DNA from: Mesotaenium endlicherianum
Lineage: Eukaryota
NCBI GenBank assembly: GCA_009602735.1
Contig: WELA01002777.1
Location: 89,680 to 153,679, forward strand
Direction of reading: 5' to 3'
Length of the DNA stretch: 64,000 bases
Below the pieces are notes generated by a model. It saw only the letters and a list, made by a program, of their open reading frames with translations. It searched no databases and was not told where the DNA came from. Positions 38,163-51,465 of the stretch are shown piece after piece (position 1 is the first letter of the stretch; every line of letters starts with the position of its first letter). The position numbers and the translations under genes are program-made.

Positions 38163-39629
38163 GGCTGGTCTTTCCTCTCAACTTTTGGGAGGTGCTTGTC
38201 TGGACACTGCTCTCTGAAGTAATCTGGCTGCCGGCAATGAAAGCAAATCGATTTTGCTGAGGCTGGTCTCGGCTTAGTCCTACCACCACCCCTTCCATAG
38301 CCACCTCGAGAGGAACCATCTCTACCTCTAGACTGGATAGCATTGTACTCATACTCATATTCATCGCCCTGATTATCCTCAGCCTGGTCTCCTTCAATTG
38401 CATTGTAGGAACCGTGGGGCTTTTTGACAATCTTAGACACCAAAGCATTATTCTGGCGCTTGTGATTGAACTGCTGCTGATCCCAGGCGTCAGCATCTTG
38501 GATCAAGTCAGCCAGTTTCTCATACTTCTTCTCAGCGAAATGACCAGAGACCTCGGATTTCAAGCCATACCTGAAGTATGCTATCCTATACCGTTCTGGC
38601 AAATCAGGCTGTTTCATCATGTTCTCCTAGAACTTTTGAGCAAACTCAGCAACTGAAGTGGTCTGCTTCAGTGTCAGGGAGATCATCGCATAGATAGCTT
38701 TCTCTTGCTGGTTGATGACATCAAACTTCTCATGCAACTTCTCGACAAACTCTCCCCACGTAGGGTCACCAAGTTGCCGAGCCTTACGCTCTCCTTTTCA
38801 GTAAAGCCACCAGTCTGCGGCACTACCTTTTAGTAGCGCACCGGTGTGCCTGACCTTCTCGTAATCTTGCAGTTCTGGGTAGTTCTCCAGCCACTGCTTA
38901 ACATCCGCGAGAAACTTGATCAGGTAATATTTTCTGTTTCCCTCAAGATCANAGACCATATAGGATCCCGCAGTAGAGACATTATGATTCTTTTGTCCTC
39001 CTGTTTGGACTGATACATGGTCGCCATTTGCGATTGCATTTGAACGAACAATGCTCCCAAGTCTACACTCTGGGGTGGTAGATTAGCAAATGCAGCAGCA
39101 GCATTGGCATCTACTCGTTGAGTAGTGTCCTCAACAATCCCTCTTGCTCCTGCAGCAGCAATTCCTGCCGCATTCAGCCGGTCACGAATTTGACCTAGGG
39201 GCATTTTGAGTTGTACAGCAGGAGGTGGGTTCAGAACATTGGCCCTTGATGCCATAAGTTCTTCAACAGTGCGCTCGTCAGCTGGCTGTCTTTCCCTCCT
39301 TTCTGTATCTTCAGCGGCCTTTGCTATGTGTTCAGCTTCTAATCTGGCTCTCTCCTCCTCAGCTTGCTGTGCTGCGACTGCGGCAATAGCGGCTGCCTCA
39401 TCTGCAGCCTCTTTAGCTGCAGTATCTGCCACTGCTTCAGAATCGGTGTGTCAGTCAGTTGGTCAGTCAGTCGGTCAGGGTTTATAGCTGGCATGCGTGC
39501 GGTCCCCACACTTGCAATTGCACCAGCCGGCAAAAATTCCATCCCGCCCTCTTTCCCCCCCTTCGCCCCTCCTTCTCTCTTCCCTCCCCCCTCTTGCCTG
39601 CTATCCTGGCACAATCACTTAGTGACCAT

Positions 39630-39698
<69 letters not shown>

Positions 39699-39740
39699 NN
39701 NNNNNNNNNNNNNNNNNNNNNNNNNNNNNNNNNNNNNNNN

Positions 39741-39821
<81 letters not shown>

Positions 39822-39979
39822 GTATGCTAGCCTGTGTCTGACTGGCGGAGAGCCTGCCGTTTCCCGCCAACCCCCGAACGCTATCCCGCTACATGGCTTT
39901 CCGCCTGGTTTTCGACACTCTCATTATCCTGGTTCTTCATGTCTTGGGAGTTGCTAGTTTGAGACCTTGTCCTTACCAT
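38138..39979 (-). pseudogene. gag: Family-A gag disrupted by a stop, a deletion and a ~440-bp insertion, copy A3
   Basis: Pieces nearly identical to 53203-54681. Confidence 0.9.
39640..39815. repeat. (CT)n microsatellite spanning a short N-gap, inside the insertion in A3 gag
   Basis: Directly visible. Confidence 0.9.
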
Positions 39980-40837
39980 ACAAAGAAGACTGTGATAAGT
40001 GCTCCGATACCACTGAAATGAATCGACTTACCAAATAGGCGATTAACAATTAATAACGATCTTTATATCAGCAAGTAATCTTTATGGTATTTTTTGTTAA
40101 CTGGTTTAACGGCAAAGGACAACACACTAGCAGTATATAATATTCGTAAGTCAAATGCGAGGAAACTAGCATCAATAATGCAAATCAGTAAACTCATACA
40201 TAAGCAAGGTTAGAAGACAGTGCGCATCAATAGCTTCTCGCCTTGGATTCAGATCTCTCTCAGTATGCTGTACAAGAGAGTTGGCCTCGTTTCCGAATGC
40301 CAAACTCGAGAGCAATGCCTAGCATATGTACATGGAATGAGTTAACTGTTCAACGGCCTGTGCGATGGCACCGCCTACCCGGGAGTTAACCACGTTGGTA
40401 GGACCTCGGTTAACCAAATCCACCGCCATCTCCCATCATCCCGAATCGCCATCCATCATAGGGATGTCATCTGGCCATTCATCTAGCATACCACACTTAG
40501 ATGCATATCGAGGCAGTTCGCTGCTACCGAGTACGGAAGTCAGCTGGCTGTCAAAGAATGTGTCAGCAAGCTGACTTAAGGTGACCTCAGCCTGCTACTT
40601 CCGGCCAAGTCATTAAACTGATATTAAGTATAAAGTCGAGCAGACTGATAGTTAACTAGAGTTCAGCAGGCTAAATTTATTTGACTATATTATTTAAATG
40701 AATATTATATTGACCAGTATACTGATTCATTACACGGAGGGTCTATGTTTTGCATGCGGGAAGTCTGGGCATACATTCTCGACATGCCCTTCTGCAAAGG
40801 GGCCGAGATATGATCCCAAGGGGAAAGGCAAGGGGCC

Positions 40838-43800
40838 TTTAAAAGAGTAGCTCAGGAGCAAGTTGCAAAGCCTCCTTCTGAGCGGGTCACAACACTCCTT
40901 AGTGAGCAGGAAATTCTAGGTGCTTGTGCGCATGCACCCAAGGTTCTTGTTCTCTCAGGCATACCCGATATAAATATATTTCGTTCCAAATATATTGGTA
41001 TGCAAGTGTTGAGCTTTGCCGAGTTCTTGGAGCTCGAGTGCATCCATGCTTGCATTTTCTTGCACTTCCAACCGCATGACCCTAACGTTGAACGGTGTTA
41101 CGCACACTTATCTCGTTTACGGAAGATGCGCAAGTGTTTTGCACCAAATTATATTGCTGCATTTACACACAAACGCGAGAAGTCTGAGCCAATCACTCAG
41201 TTTCCCGCCGGTTTGGCAATGCAAAATGGCATTTTGGTAAAGAAACTCTATATTTCCCATTTTCCTCTCAAGGCGAGGACATTGCTCGTGATGCATAATG
41301 CTTCTTTGGCTTTAAGTATGACGTTTGAGATTCACATCTCGGGCCGGTCATGTCTCACTATCATTGATTCAGGAGCATCAAATAGCTTCATTAGTGCCCG
41401 ATTGGCGCTCGAAATGAAGTTGGTTCCCAGAAAGAAGGTTGAACAACTACGCCTTGGCGATGGTTCTTTAGCCAACATTACAGGAACAATCAAGTTACCG
41501 CTTAAGGTGCAGTCATACCATGGCAACAAAAAGTTCTACGTTACGAACTTGCCCGATGGTGTTGATGCAATTTTGGGTAACACTTCGCTTACGCAAACAA
41601 GGGCATTGTTGGACTACGGTCAACATACATGCATTGTTCGCAAGGGGGGTCACAAGATAACTCTTCGCCCCCTTGAGCCCGACATGGAGTTAGAAAGTCC
41701 TAAGAGGACTCTCCTTTTCTCCGTTAAGCAAGCTCGGCGCTTGGCAAAGCGAGGTCAAAATGTTTTCTACGGATTACTGAGCCAAGCACCCTCAGAGGTT
41801 TCCACTAAGTTCTTTACGGAAGAACCGATGTTAGAAATCCCTGATCATGTGGCGACACTCACAACGGAACTATCTGCTCTTTTGCAGAAGTATAAGTCTG
41901 TGTTCCCACCTGATATACCAGCCGGGTTACCACCTAATCGGGGTATAGGGCATACAATCCCTCTTGTTCCTGATGCTCAACCGACTTGGCGACCGATCTA
42001 TCGTTTAAGCCCGTTGGAGCTCCAGGAAATGAAGGACCAAATAATCGAGTTGCTAGCCAAAGGATGGATTGAGCCGAGCTCGTCTCCATTCGAGGCGCCC
42101 ATACTCTTTGTTCAAAAGAAAGATGGGACCCTACGTATGTGCATTGATTATCGTGCGTTGAACAATATTACGGTCAAGAACCGGTATTCGTACCTCGCAT
42201 TGATGATTTGTTTGATTCGTTGCAAGGAGCATGCGTGTTCTCCTCACTTGATCTAGCCCAAGGCTACCATCAAATTCGAATCACACCAGAGGATGTTCCC
42301 AAAACAGCGTTTCGGACGTTTATTGGTCACTTCCAATACAAAGCCCTTAGTTTTGGACTTACCAATGCACCGGCGACATTCCAAAGCACAATAAATGACG
42401 TGTTTAGACCGTACTTGGGTAAGTTCGTCCAGGTTTACCTCGACGATATCCTTGTCTATTCAAAGTCAGAGGCCGAGCACTACAAGCACCTCGAGTTGGT
42501 GTTGCAAATCCTCCGTGAGCAACAGCTGTACGCTAAGCTCAAAAAGTGTTCCTTTCTAAAGGATGAACTGTTGTACCTCGGACATATAGTGGGTTCGAAA
42601 GGGGTGCGCCCTGACCCAGCCAAGATTGCGTGTGTCGCGGATTGGCCAGTCCCGAAAGATGTACATACCGTCCGTTCATTCCTTGGGTTTGCAAATTACT
42701 TTCGTAAGTTTATGCAAGGCTATTCAGTGATGGCAGCGCCACTCACTGCTCTGACCAGGAAAGATGTGCCGTTCATTTGGAATGAAACCACACAACTTGC
42801 GTTTGAGCGCATTTCGTATGTCCTCACTCATGCGCCAGTTCTCTCATTAGCCAATCCCGACTTGCCTTACGAGGTAGTGGCGGATGCGTCTGGTGTTGGG
42901 ACCGGGGCTATCCTGTTGCAGGCAGGGAAGCCTATCAGTTTCGAGAGTCGAAAGCTGACCCCTGCCGAACAAAATTACTCTACAACAGAGCAGGAGCTCT
43001 GGGCAGTCATACATGCTTTAAAAATTTGGCGATGTTATTTGGAAGGGTGCAAGGGTTTGACAGTGGTTACGGATCACTGCCCAAATACCTTCTTTCAAAT
43101 TCAGCCAACGCTGTCAAGACGACAGACGAGATGGTCTAAGTTCTTACAACGATTCCGCTTTAACTGGGCGTATCGCCCTGGTCGCAACAATGTTGCGGAC
43201 CCTCTAAGTCGAATTCCTCAGCGTTACTTGCTGCTGGGGACCGTTGCGGGCGTTAAAGAACGAAATGGTCAGGTTTCGAGGGCGGCCACCCTTGATTCTG
43301 CTGTACCCCCCCAGACGTCCGACGTACAACCGCCTGGTGACGCGGGCACACCCGATTTGGATAGCGCGCATAACTCGAAATCACTTGACCTGCATCAACT
43401 GTTTCACGAGGGCTATCTCAAAGATCCGTTTTTCCTAGATCTCCAGGGTACTGGCTTGAACGGTGTAGCCGTAACGATGGACAGTATGGACAAAAGGAAT
43501 AACCGCTCAGACTATACATTTGAGCACGGTTTTTGGTGGCACAATGGGCGCATTGTGGTCTTAGAAGGCCGAGTAAGAAATGTGCTACTACGGGAAGCGC
43601 ATGACTCTCCTTACTCGGGCCATTATGGTATTACCAAAACCAGTCAAGCGTTGCACCGAGGGTACACGTGGCCGTCCCTCAAAGTTGATGTTGCTGAGTA
43701 CATCACCAACTGTGCGACTTGTCAGAGGAACAAGCCGAGCAATGCGTTGCCGGGTGGGAAGTTGCATCCCTTAGAACTTGCGGGTGCCCCGTGGGAAAGC

Positions 43801-44960
43801 ATAAGCCTTGACTTTGTCGTTGAATTGCCTACCACCAAAAGGGGACACAATGGGGTGTTAACGATCGTCGATCGTTTCACTAAGATGGTGCACTTTGTGC
43901 CCACTAAACCATCGCTTGATGCCATCGAGACCGCTCGTCTCTTTATGGATCACGTGTTCAAGTTACATGGTATGCCGAAAGAGATCATAAGTGATCGTGA
44001 TAGTAGATTTACGAGTCACTTCTGGCAGGAAGTTTGCTCGCATTTGGCACGAAACTTAAGATGTCGACCAGCTTCCATCCTCAGACCGATAGCCAGACAG
44101 AACAAATGAACCGCGTTCTTCAGCAATTCCTTAGGCATTATGTGAATCCTCGCCATGACAACTGGAATACCCTCCTTTCAGTTGCCGAGTTCGCCGTAAA
44201 TAATGCTTATTAGGAATCTGTTAAGGAAACTCCGTTTTTCCTTAACCATGGGAGACACCCGCACACTCCGCTGACGGTTGTCGTTTCCCGTCAGCTGGGG
44301 GTGCCTAACATGAGAGTACCAAGTGCACGCCAATTTGTCCACTCTCTTCAAGAGGTGCACAAACAAGCAAAGTTGGCTTTAGCAGCCGCCCGGGACCGGC
44401 AGAAAAAGTTTGCTGACACGCACAGGAAAGAGTTGAGTTTTGAGGTCGGCAATAAAGTACTTTTGCAGACTAAAAACTTGAAACTCCAGCACCCAGGAAA
44501 GCGCAAGCTTCTGCCTCGCTGGGTAGGCCCTTTTATCGTTAGCGCAAAGGTTGGACCTCTTGCCTACCGACTGGATTTGCCTAAATCTATGGGGCGGAGG
44601 CATCCTGTGTTCCATGTCAGTTTACTGAAGCTGTTCAGGTCTGATGGCCGCTATCAGCCACAAGCACCGGAATTGGAACTCGAACAAGATGACATAGCCT
44701 GGGATGTAGAGGAGGTCATTGGGCACCGCTACACCCGTCATAAGCCTCCACGCGTGGAACTTTTGATTAAGTGGCTCGACTACGATTCCAGTTGGAATTC
44801 GTATGAACCGCAGGACGAAATCCTACATAATTGTAGCGACCTGGTTCAACAGGATTGGTTACGATGGGTTGACGCTCAAAGGCTCTGCGCTAAGGCAAGT
44901 GTGCTACCAGGCGCTCTTTGTACACCAAAGAACAAACGCAAAAGGGACGCGGCCAAGTAA
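40838..44960 (+). pseudogene. pol: Family-B pol (PR, RT, RNase H, integrase, chromodomain) with frameshifts and a stop
   Basis: IIDSGAS, YLDD, ADAS, HDSPYSGH...C.TCQR, ISDRD, WDVEEVIGHR...LIKWLDY. Broken at about 42190, 44045 and 44210. Confidence 0.9.
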
Positions 44961-45099
44961 TCGCTCTTTTTCGTCACTGTTCGCTGCAATCGCCCTTCGC
45001 TTGGACTGTGTTTCACGCTCGCTACGGGCAAGTATTAACACAGAATACTTAAAAGACAATGCTTAACGCGGACGTTAAGTTCTTTTAAGGGGGGAGGAG

Positions 45100-46097
45100 T
45101 GTAACCATCTGAGCTTTTTAGGCGTATTTAGAACGTTTTTCTAATTACCTAAAAGACGTTATACTTCTATTTTGTATAAGATTGCATGGTTATCGAATTA
45201 TTTCGACACACACGTGTGCCGACTAATTCCCGGTCGATTGGCGAAACGACTCGAATACTATTGCAAAAAGAATCGTAAAGTAATTCGATTACTTCGCAAA
45301 AGTATAACGTAATTAATCACAAAGTAATTCGATTAATTATGGCGGAATAACTTAATCAATTATGGATTGATTAATTTATTCTGACTGTCACTATTTCGGA
45401 TATTAGCAGTCATTGTTTTCGGTTAACGACGCGTCGCTAACCCGAAAGAAAACACCGAGTTGTGGCCCGGTCGGAATCGAACCCGCGACCTCCCGGTTGT
45501 CGCGTCGCGACTCCGAAAATCGTCGTAAAGTTAAACGAAGCGTCGTAAAGTTAAACGAAGCATAATATGCAAAGTTACTTTGCATTTCGGCAGATTCAAA
45601 CCCGCGACCTTTCGTTTAAAACGTTCACACCTAACCGATTGGCCAAAGTAGTTTTTATAACTATTGGTTCATGTCAAATCAATCTGTACGCGACCGCGCG
45701 AGCAGTCGCGACTTTTTCAAAAGTCGCGCGGACGAGAAAACGCCCGTTTGGCGTATAACGGTTTTTCGGAAACCGTCGAAAAGTCTCCTAAAAGCCAAAC
45801 GGCGCGCTAGGAGCATTCGGCCGAATTGGTTGTCTCCAATTCAACCGTTTTTCGTTGAACATGAACCAGTGCCCTAGGTGGTGACTCGAAGCACTCCAGT
45901 GCCTCACGTTGTGCAAGTATATATACTTGCAAGAGTCATTGTGAGTGCAACTCTCACAAGCACAAATTCTATTAGTTTACATTTTCGCTTTCACAAGGAT
46001 TGTGCATTTTCTCAAAGTTAACGTTATTTCTTTCTGCTAATATTAAATTATCCTTGAATACCGAGCAAAGATCCTCGTGGAAAGCAGAAACGTTACA
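45100..46097 (+). repeat. Family-B 3' LTR (998 bp)
   Basis: Follows the PPT, has inverted TGTAAC/GTTACA ends, and its 3' part is homologous to 29956-30383. Confidence 0.9.
45463..45650 (-). other. Two tRNA-derived (Pol III A/B-box) segments inside the family-B LTR
   Basis: Minus strand: TGGCCAATCGGTTAGG...AAGGTCGCGGGTTTGAATC (45646-45590) and GAGGTCGCGGGTTCGATTCCGACCGGGCCA (to 45463), then TTTT. Cloverleafs are incomplete. Confidence 0.6.
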
Positions 46098-47372
46098 CAG
46101 TTGCAAGAACTCCGGACAGCTGCTCTTGTCGCTCATACCAAGCTCCAGCACTCTTCTTCAGCAAAGTAATCACGAAGGCGACTTGGCGTGAGCGTAGAAT
46201 ACTCCATAAACTTCTTCACTCCAAAAATCCATTGATGAACAGGCGGCGATCCACGCTCTCCAGTATAAACTTCAGGCTTAGGCGCACGCACTCCCGATGC
46301 GGGTGGAATAACTGGCTGCACCACTGGGTTAACATGAATTGGTGGTACAACAGGGTCAGGTGCCGAAGTCGTCGAAGCGGCGTTCCCCATAACAACTCGC
46401 ACCATTCTCTCCACCTCCTCGCGCATATTTTGTTGAAACTGTGTATAGACTTCTCCTCCAATTACGTTTGCCATCTGCCTCAACATCGCTTGCATCTCTT
46501 GTTGCTCCCTTGACAAAGGTGGTGCCGTCTGCTCCACGCGCTCAACATGCTCGACATATTCGCCTCCTCCAGTTGCCGACTGCGACTCCATAATAAAATA
46601 TGCAAACTAGCCCAGCTCCGATACCAGATGAAAGGGGCAAAGTGCCCTAGTGGAAGTGTAGTAACTCACGAGGAAAGGAACTAGTTGCAATCATACTAAA
46701 GAGTGCAACGGCATATCACTAACAAAGCTTAGGAAAAATACTCAACATTTTGAGTAGCAAGAAACTGCTCACAAATGATGTAGGATGGAAGGCCTTGTCA
46801 TTACAAACCAGTAGAAATTTACAGAAGTGAAAACTGATGAGAAACAAAGAAGTTATGCCTATTTATAATTTTCTGCCTAAGTGCTCCTCCCTCGCAGGAA
46901 GCTACGGATTTTCGTAAGTGTTCGTCAAATCGTCCCTTCCAGAATATTCGTGAGTAAGCCAGATCAGTCTAATCTGACGTGTTGGGTTGAATTGACGTCC
47001 ACATACATGCATCGACATTACAAGAATATTCTATCTTAGACGCGCTAGGCTAAACCGAAACTTATAGGTAAATCGACCTAGTCGGCACTCCGCGTCAGTC
47101 GAACTTACGTGAAGGTTCAAGTTCACACTAACAGGCCAGATCGCTCGACGCTGTCGGTCAATCCGACAGCCACGCTCACCGCAAATTAAGGACAGTCGTC
47201 AACCGACCACAAAACTTATTAAACTTCGGAAATCCATAACTCTCTCAATACTTGACCAAATTCGATGAACTTTATATCAAAATGACCACAAAAATGCATT
47301 CTACACTATTGTACAATCAAAACATACTTTCATGAAACTCAAAAATGCACTTTATAAACCTATGACCTTACA
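46098..47372 (-). mobile_element. Family-D LTR retrotransposon fragment: 5' LTR 46629-47372, PBS 46615-46626, gag start 46591
   Basis: Minus strand TGTAAGG...CCTTTCA, TGGTATCGGAGC, and Gag-like PKPEVYTGER....VHQW then LLKKSAGAWY after a frameshift. Cut by B2 at 46098. Confidence 0.8.
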
Positions 47373-50300
47373 GTCTGGGTAACTGAAATCACTTCAGGCA
47401 GGCTGAAGTTGGTCATTCCTAATAACTTAGAAATAAGGTCACTCTTACTGAGTCAAGCACAAGACAATGTACTTGGTGGACATTTGGGGCAGGCCAAAAT
47501 TGTTGGCAAATTAGCAAAACATTATCGTTGGGATGGGTTGCCTCCGGAGGTCTTAAAATATGTTAAGTCTTGTGATCATTGTCAAAAAAGTAAGTCTCGA
47601 CACACACCACCCGGGGGGCTAATACAACCACTACCCATCCTAGCTAGACGCTGGGAGACAATATCCATGGACTGGGTGGTAACACTACCAAGAACGGCCA
47701 ATGGGCATGATTCTATACTGGTAGTTGTGGATAAACTGACAAAAATGGTCATTTTCATCCCCATCATTGTCAAAGTAACTGCCCTCACACTGCGAGACAA
47801 TTTTACAACGATGTGGTATGCCATCATGGGCTACCCTCTAATATTATCTCAAACAGAGACTCAAAATTTACCTCTAAGTTCTGGAGAGCTTTAATGGGGT
47901 TAATGGGGTCAAACAGCTGCTCAGCACAGCAAACCACCCTCAGACTGATGGGCGGACTGAAAGAACTAACCAAGTTCCGCAGGAGGTGCTGAGAGCATAT
48001 GGTAACCAAAAACAAGATACTTGGGATGACCTGTTGCCTCAAATTCAGATTGCAGTCAATAATGCGGTGCACGCGTCAACGGGAAAGACCCTTTTTGAAC
48101 TCAATCTAGGTAGGGTCTCTAAGTCTCCACTGGATGTGCTAGGGGAGTCTTTAACTCATCCTGAGGGAATTGACAATCCGGTGTCTCTCCCGTAAACTCA
48201 GGAATTTGATGACACCCTGTCAGAAGTCCAACACAACCTGCACAAAACCCAGGAACATCAACAAAAAAACGCTAATCAACACCGTTGGGAGCTGACATTT
48301 TCAAAGGGCGATTTGGTCAAACTGCATTCTCAACACCTGTACCTGCCTGGTGTGGCCAAGAAAAAGCTTGGTCGTGTCTGGGTCGGTCCATATTCGGTGG
48401 TGCGCCGTGTCGATCAGAATGCTTACAAATTGAACATGTCAGCGGAATACAAGGGTCACCCAGTCTTTATTGTCTCCTTCCTGGAACCATACATCAAGGG
48501 TGACACACTGTTCACTAGTCGGTTACCTGTCCAACCGGGATTGGTTTCCGCTGTCAGGGATGGTGACCCTGAGGAATATAAGGTCGAAGAAATTTTGGAA
48601 GCTCGCTCTGTCCGTCGATCATCTAAATATGTCACGAAATACCTGGTCAAATGGAAGGTTTGCGATGCCTCTGGGGATACTTGGGAATTTAAGGACCATA
48701 TGATCAATGCCAAAGGGGCGTTGAAACAGTTCCACCTTCGGGCGGTCGGGGCACCTCCCTTACTGTCATTTCAGTTGACATGGGAAGGTGACAGGAGGTC
48801 CTATCTCCATTTAAGTTGGAGGGGAAATGTGCCAGTAAATGACAGTTAGTGTGCCAGAAAGGGACAATTATTGACAGTTAAGTGTCAGCGTAGTGACAAT
48901 TGGGACAGCCGGGCCCACATTAAGCAAAGTTGGCGGAATGAAAAAGGGACTCGCACATCAACACATCACTAAACTCACCCTGCACACACATTCATTATTT
49001 TTCATTGCACTACAGCTACGTTAACTCCTAGTAACCACCCCGTAAGGTAAACAGGAAAAAACCTACCATAATAATACAAACTGCTTCTCTTCTTGAAACT
49101 CCTGTGACAAAGAGATCCTACTAACTTGTGCCCTGGTTACATGTGCAGCATGACTCCTACCACACAAAAGGAAGATAGGAAGCTCAAGGCAGAAGAAGCC
49201 AGGAGGACGATGGAGCAATACCAGAAAGAGCTGGCGGCAACGTACCTCACCAGGATAGAACAAGAAAGGGTCCGCAGACAACAAGAGGCAGCAGAGGAAG
49301 CACAGAGGAAGAAGGAGCAGGAGGCGAAAATCTCAGGAAAGCTGAAGAGGAGAGACAGAAGAAATAACAAGAAGCAGCAGCGGCAGCTGAGGAGAAGAGA
49401 AGGAAGAAGGTTGAAGCTGAGAAGCAGAAGAGCCTGGCCACTTACAGATATACTGTGGTGGGTGGCCAAACCTTTGACAACCTGAAAGAGGCATTATTGG
49501 CTTCCCAGGAGATCAACAAGGTGGAACAGAAAACAATGTTACAAAGAGAAGGACCTGAAGCGCTGGATAAGTACATTGAGACACACACTGGTGTGGTCCT
49601 CTACGAAGATTATGCCAAGATGGTGGGCTATACAGCAGGGTAAGCTCGGTATCTTGCAGCTGATTTGGAGAACAAGCCTGTTCTAGTACCTGGAATAGTG
49701 GGAGATCAGAGATTTATCAGGTTGGTGAGCATGCAGCCCGATAGCTTTAAGGATACGGTATTTTATCTGACACTACTGCCAGCTTACAATGAAGTTGAGC
49801 GGAGGAGTTGGGGGTACCTAGCCAGGGAAACAGGGCAGCAGATGTTCTCTCCCCACTGGTTTCCTTGTAAGCTGAAAAAGGCTGAGCATTGGCCACAGTA
49901 CTACTAGCAGCGCACAGACTGGAGGTGGATGACCGTCTCTAACAAAAAGCAGGAGTGTGACCGAGCCCAACCAGATGACTTCCTCTATGGGCTAGACGGC
50001 TACCTCATCCTACCACCTCACATTGCCCCTTGGGACCCTAGGTTGAATGGATGCCTGAGTAATATGAATGCGGAGACCAAAGAGCACAGGAGGAGGGGCA
50101 ACGACTATTTCTCTAAGGGGAAGCATGCCCTTGTCAAATGGGTGAAAAATGCAGGCCGGATAAATATCAGCAGTCTGAAGGCCAAGCAACCTCCAGCTCG
50201 TCCTATGAAAGGGCGGTCAGTAGATTTTTCCATGTCTACCAGGGAGCAGGATGACTTAGTGGACGAGACCCCTACCCTCTCTGAGGAGGAAGATCAGGAG

Positions 50301-51465
50301 GATGAGGAAGAAGAACAAGGCAGAGGAGAAGCATCAGGAGCTGGTACTCAAGAGACCCAGGGGCACGCAGAAGCAGGGACTCCTAGGGCGCCAAGATCAG
50401 GTGTATGGAATGTGATCCCTGTCATGGAGGCAACAGGACCTCGCACTCGTTCCCCCAGCCCACCTGCCCAAGCAGGGAAAGAAGCTGATTTGACTGTTCT
50501 TGGCAGCAGAAAAAGGCAGAAATCCCCAGAGGACAGGGGTACAAGAAGAACAACGCGCGGAGTAGCCAGAGGTATGCTGGCCACCCCCTTCAGTCAAGGA
50601 CATGTGCCTCTTGCCAATGTATTTTAGCATCCTACCGGAATGCCTGTTTATGTGGGTATCAACACCCAGGTGGTTAAAGAGCAGGCTACAATCCTTCGTT
50701 CTCCTTGAGACCCAACTTTAGAGCAAACAGGGTTCTTTAGAAGGCCAGCTGACAGACCTAGAGGGCTGTCCAGGTCTAGGTCCAGATCTCAGTCCCCTGA
50801 TCCTAGAGCTCCAGGAACAACCCCCTAAACATCAAAATCATCCTCCAGTCAAGCCTTGCTGGAGGTCTCTCTGTTTGCCCCCCACAACGGAAGTGGACTG
50901 AGGGTGGAGGTGACAGTTTATTGTCACTAGTGATCCCCACAGCTAGGCAACTGTGTTAAAGCAAGAGGCAGGCGGTGGGGGGTTAGTACTATTAGTTCCC
51001 TGACCAAATAATTTTACAATGTAATGTTGTCAAGGCGACAACAATTTAAGTTGGAGAAATTGTAAAGAATCAATATATTTGTAGATATTATATTCATTTG
51101 TATATAGTGGTTAAATAATTTTAGCTTGCTAAACTTTAGTTAATATTTAGTCTGCTGGACTTTACATAATTACCAGATTAATGACTCAACCGAGAGCAAC
51201 AGGCTGAAGTCAACTTAGGTCAGCTTGCTGACACATTCTTTGACAGCCAGCTGACTTCCGTACTCAGTAGCAGCGAACTGCCTAGATATGCATCTAACTG
51301 TGATATGCTAGATGAATGGCCAGATGACATCCTTGGGATGGATGGCGATTCAAAATGATGGGAGATGGCGGTGGATTTGGTTAACCGAGGTTCTACCAAC
51401 GTGGTTAACTCCCAAGTAGGCGGTGCCATCGCACTTGCCGTTGAACAGTAAACTCATTCCTTGTA
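47373..51465 (+). mobile_element. Older family-A 3' half: integrase-chromodomain relic, extra ORF relic, PPT, truncated 3' LTR (51061-~51465)
   Basis: Colinear with 57075-60960, with many stops and frameshifts. Confidence 0.9.
49150..50828 (+). pseudogene. Family-A extra ORF (variant 1 type), pseudogenised
   Basis: MTPTTQKEDRK... through ...PGTTP with a frameshift and several stops. Confidence 0.9.

Larger units (their letters stand above)
31536..40734 (-). mobile_element. Family-A copy A3 (inverted): 5' LTR 40014-40734, PBS 40001-40012, disrupted gag-pol, extra ORF variant 2, 3' LTR 31536-32244
   Basis: Two LTRs, PBS and PPT present. Flanks GCGTG and CGGAG do not match, so there is no TSD. 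Confidence 0.9.
40735..46097 (+). mobile_element. Family-B chromoviral Ty3/gypsy copy B2: gag 3' end, pol, PPT 45087-45099, 3' LTR 45100-46097
   Basis: Zinc knuckle CFACGKSGHTFSTC, pol motifs, AAGGGGGGAGGAG PPT, LTR with TGTAAC...GTTACA ends. Confidence 0.9.

Noticed and set aside
45521..45560. CRISPR-like repeat
   Set aside because: Only two adjacent 20-mers with no spacer, in a eukaryotic context.
45463..45650. Functional tRNA genes
   Set aside because: Acceptor and anticodon stems do not close properly and the sequence is within an LTR; kept only as tRNA-derived.
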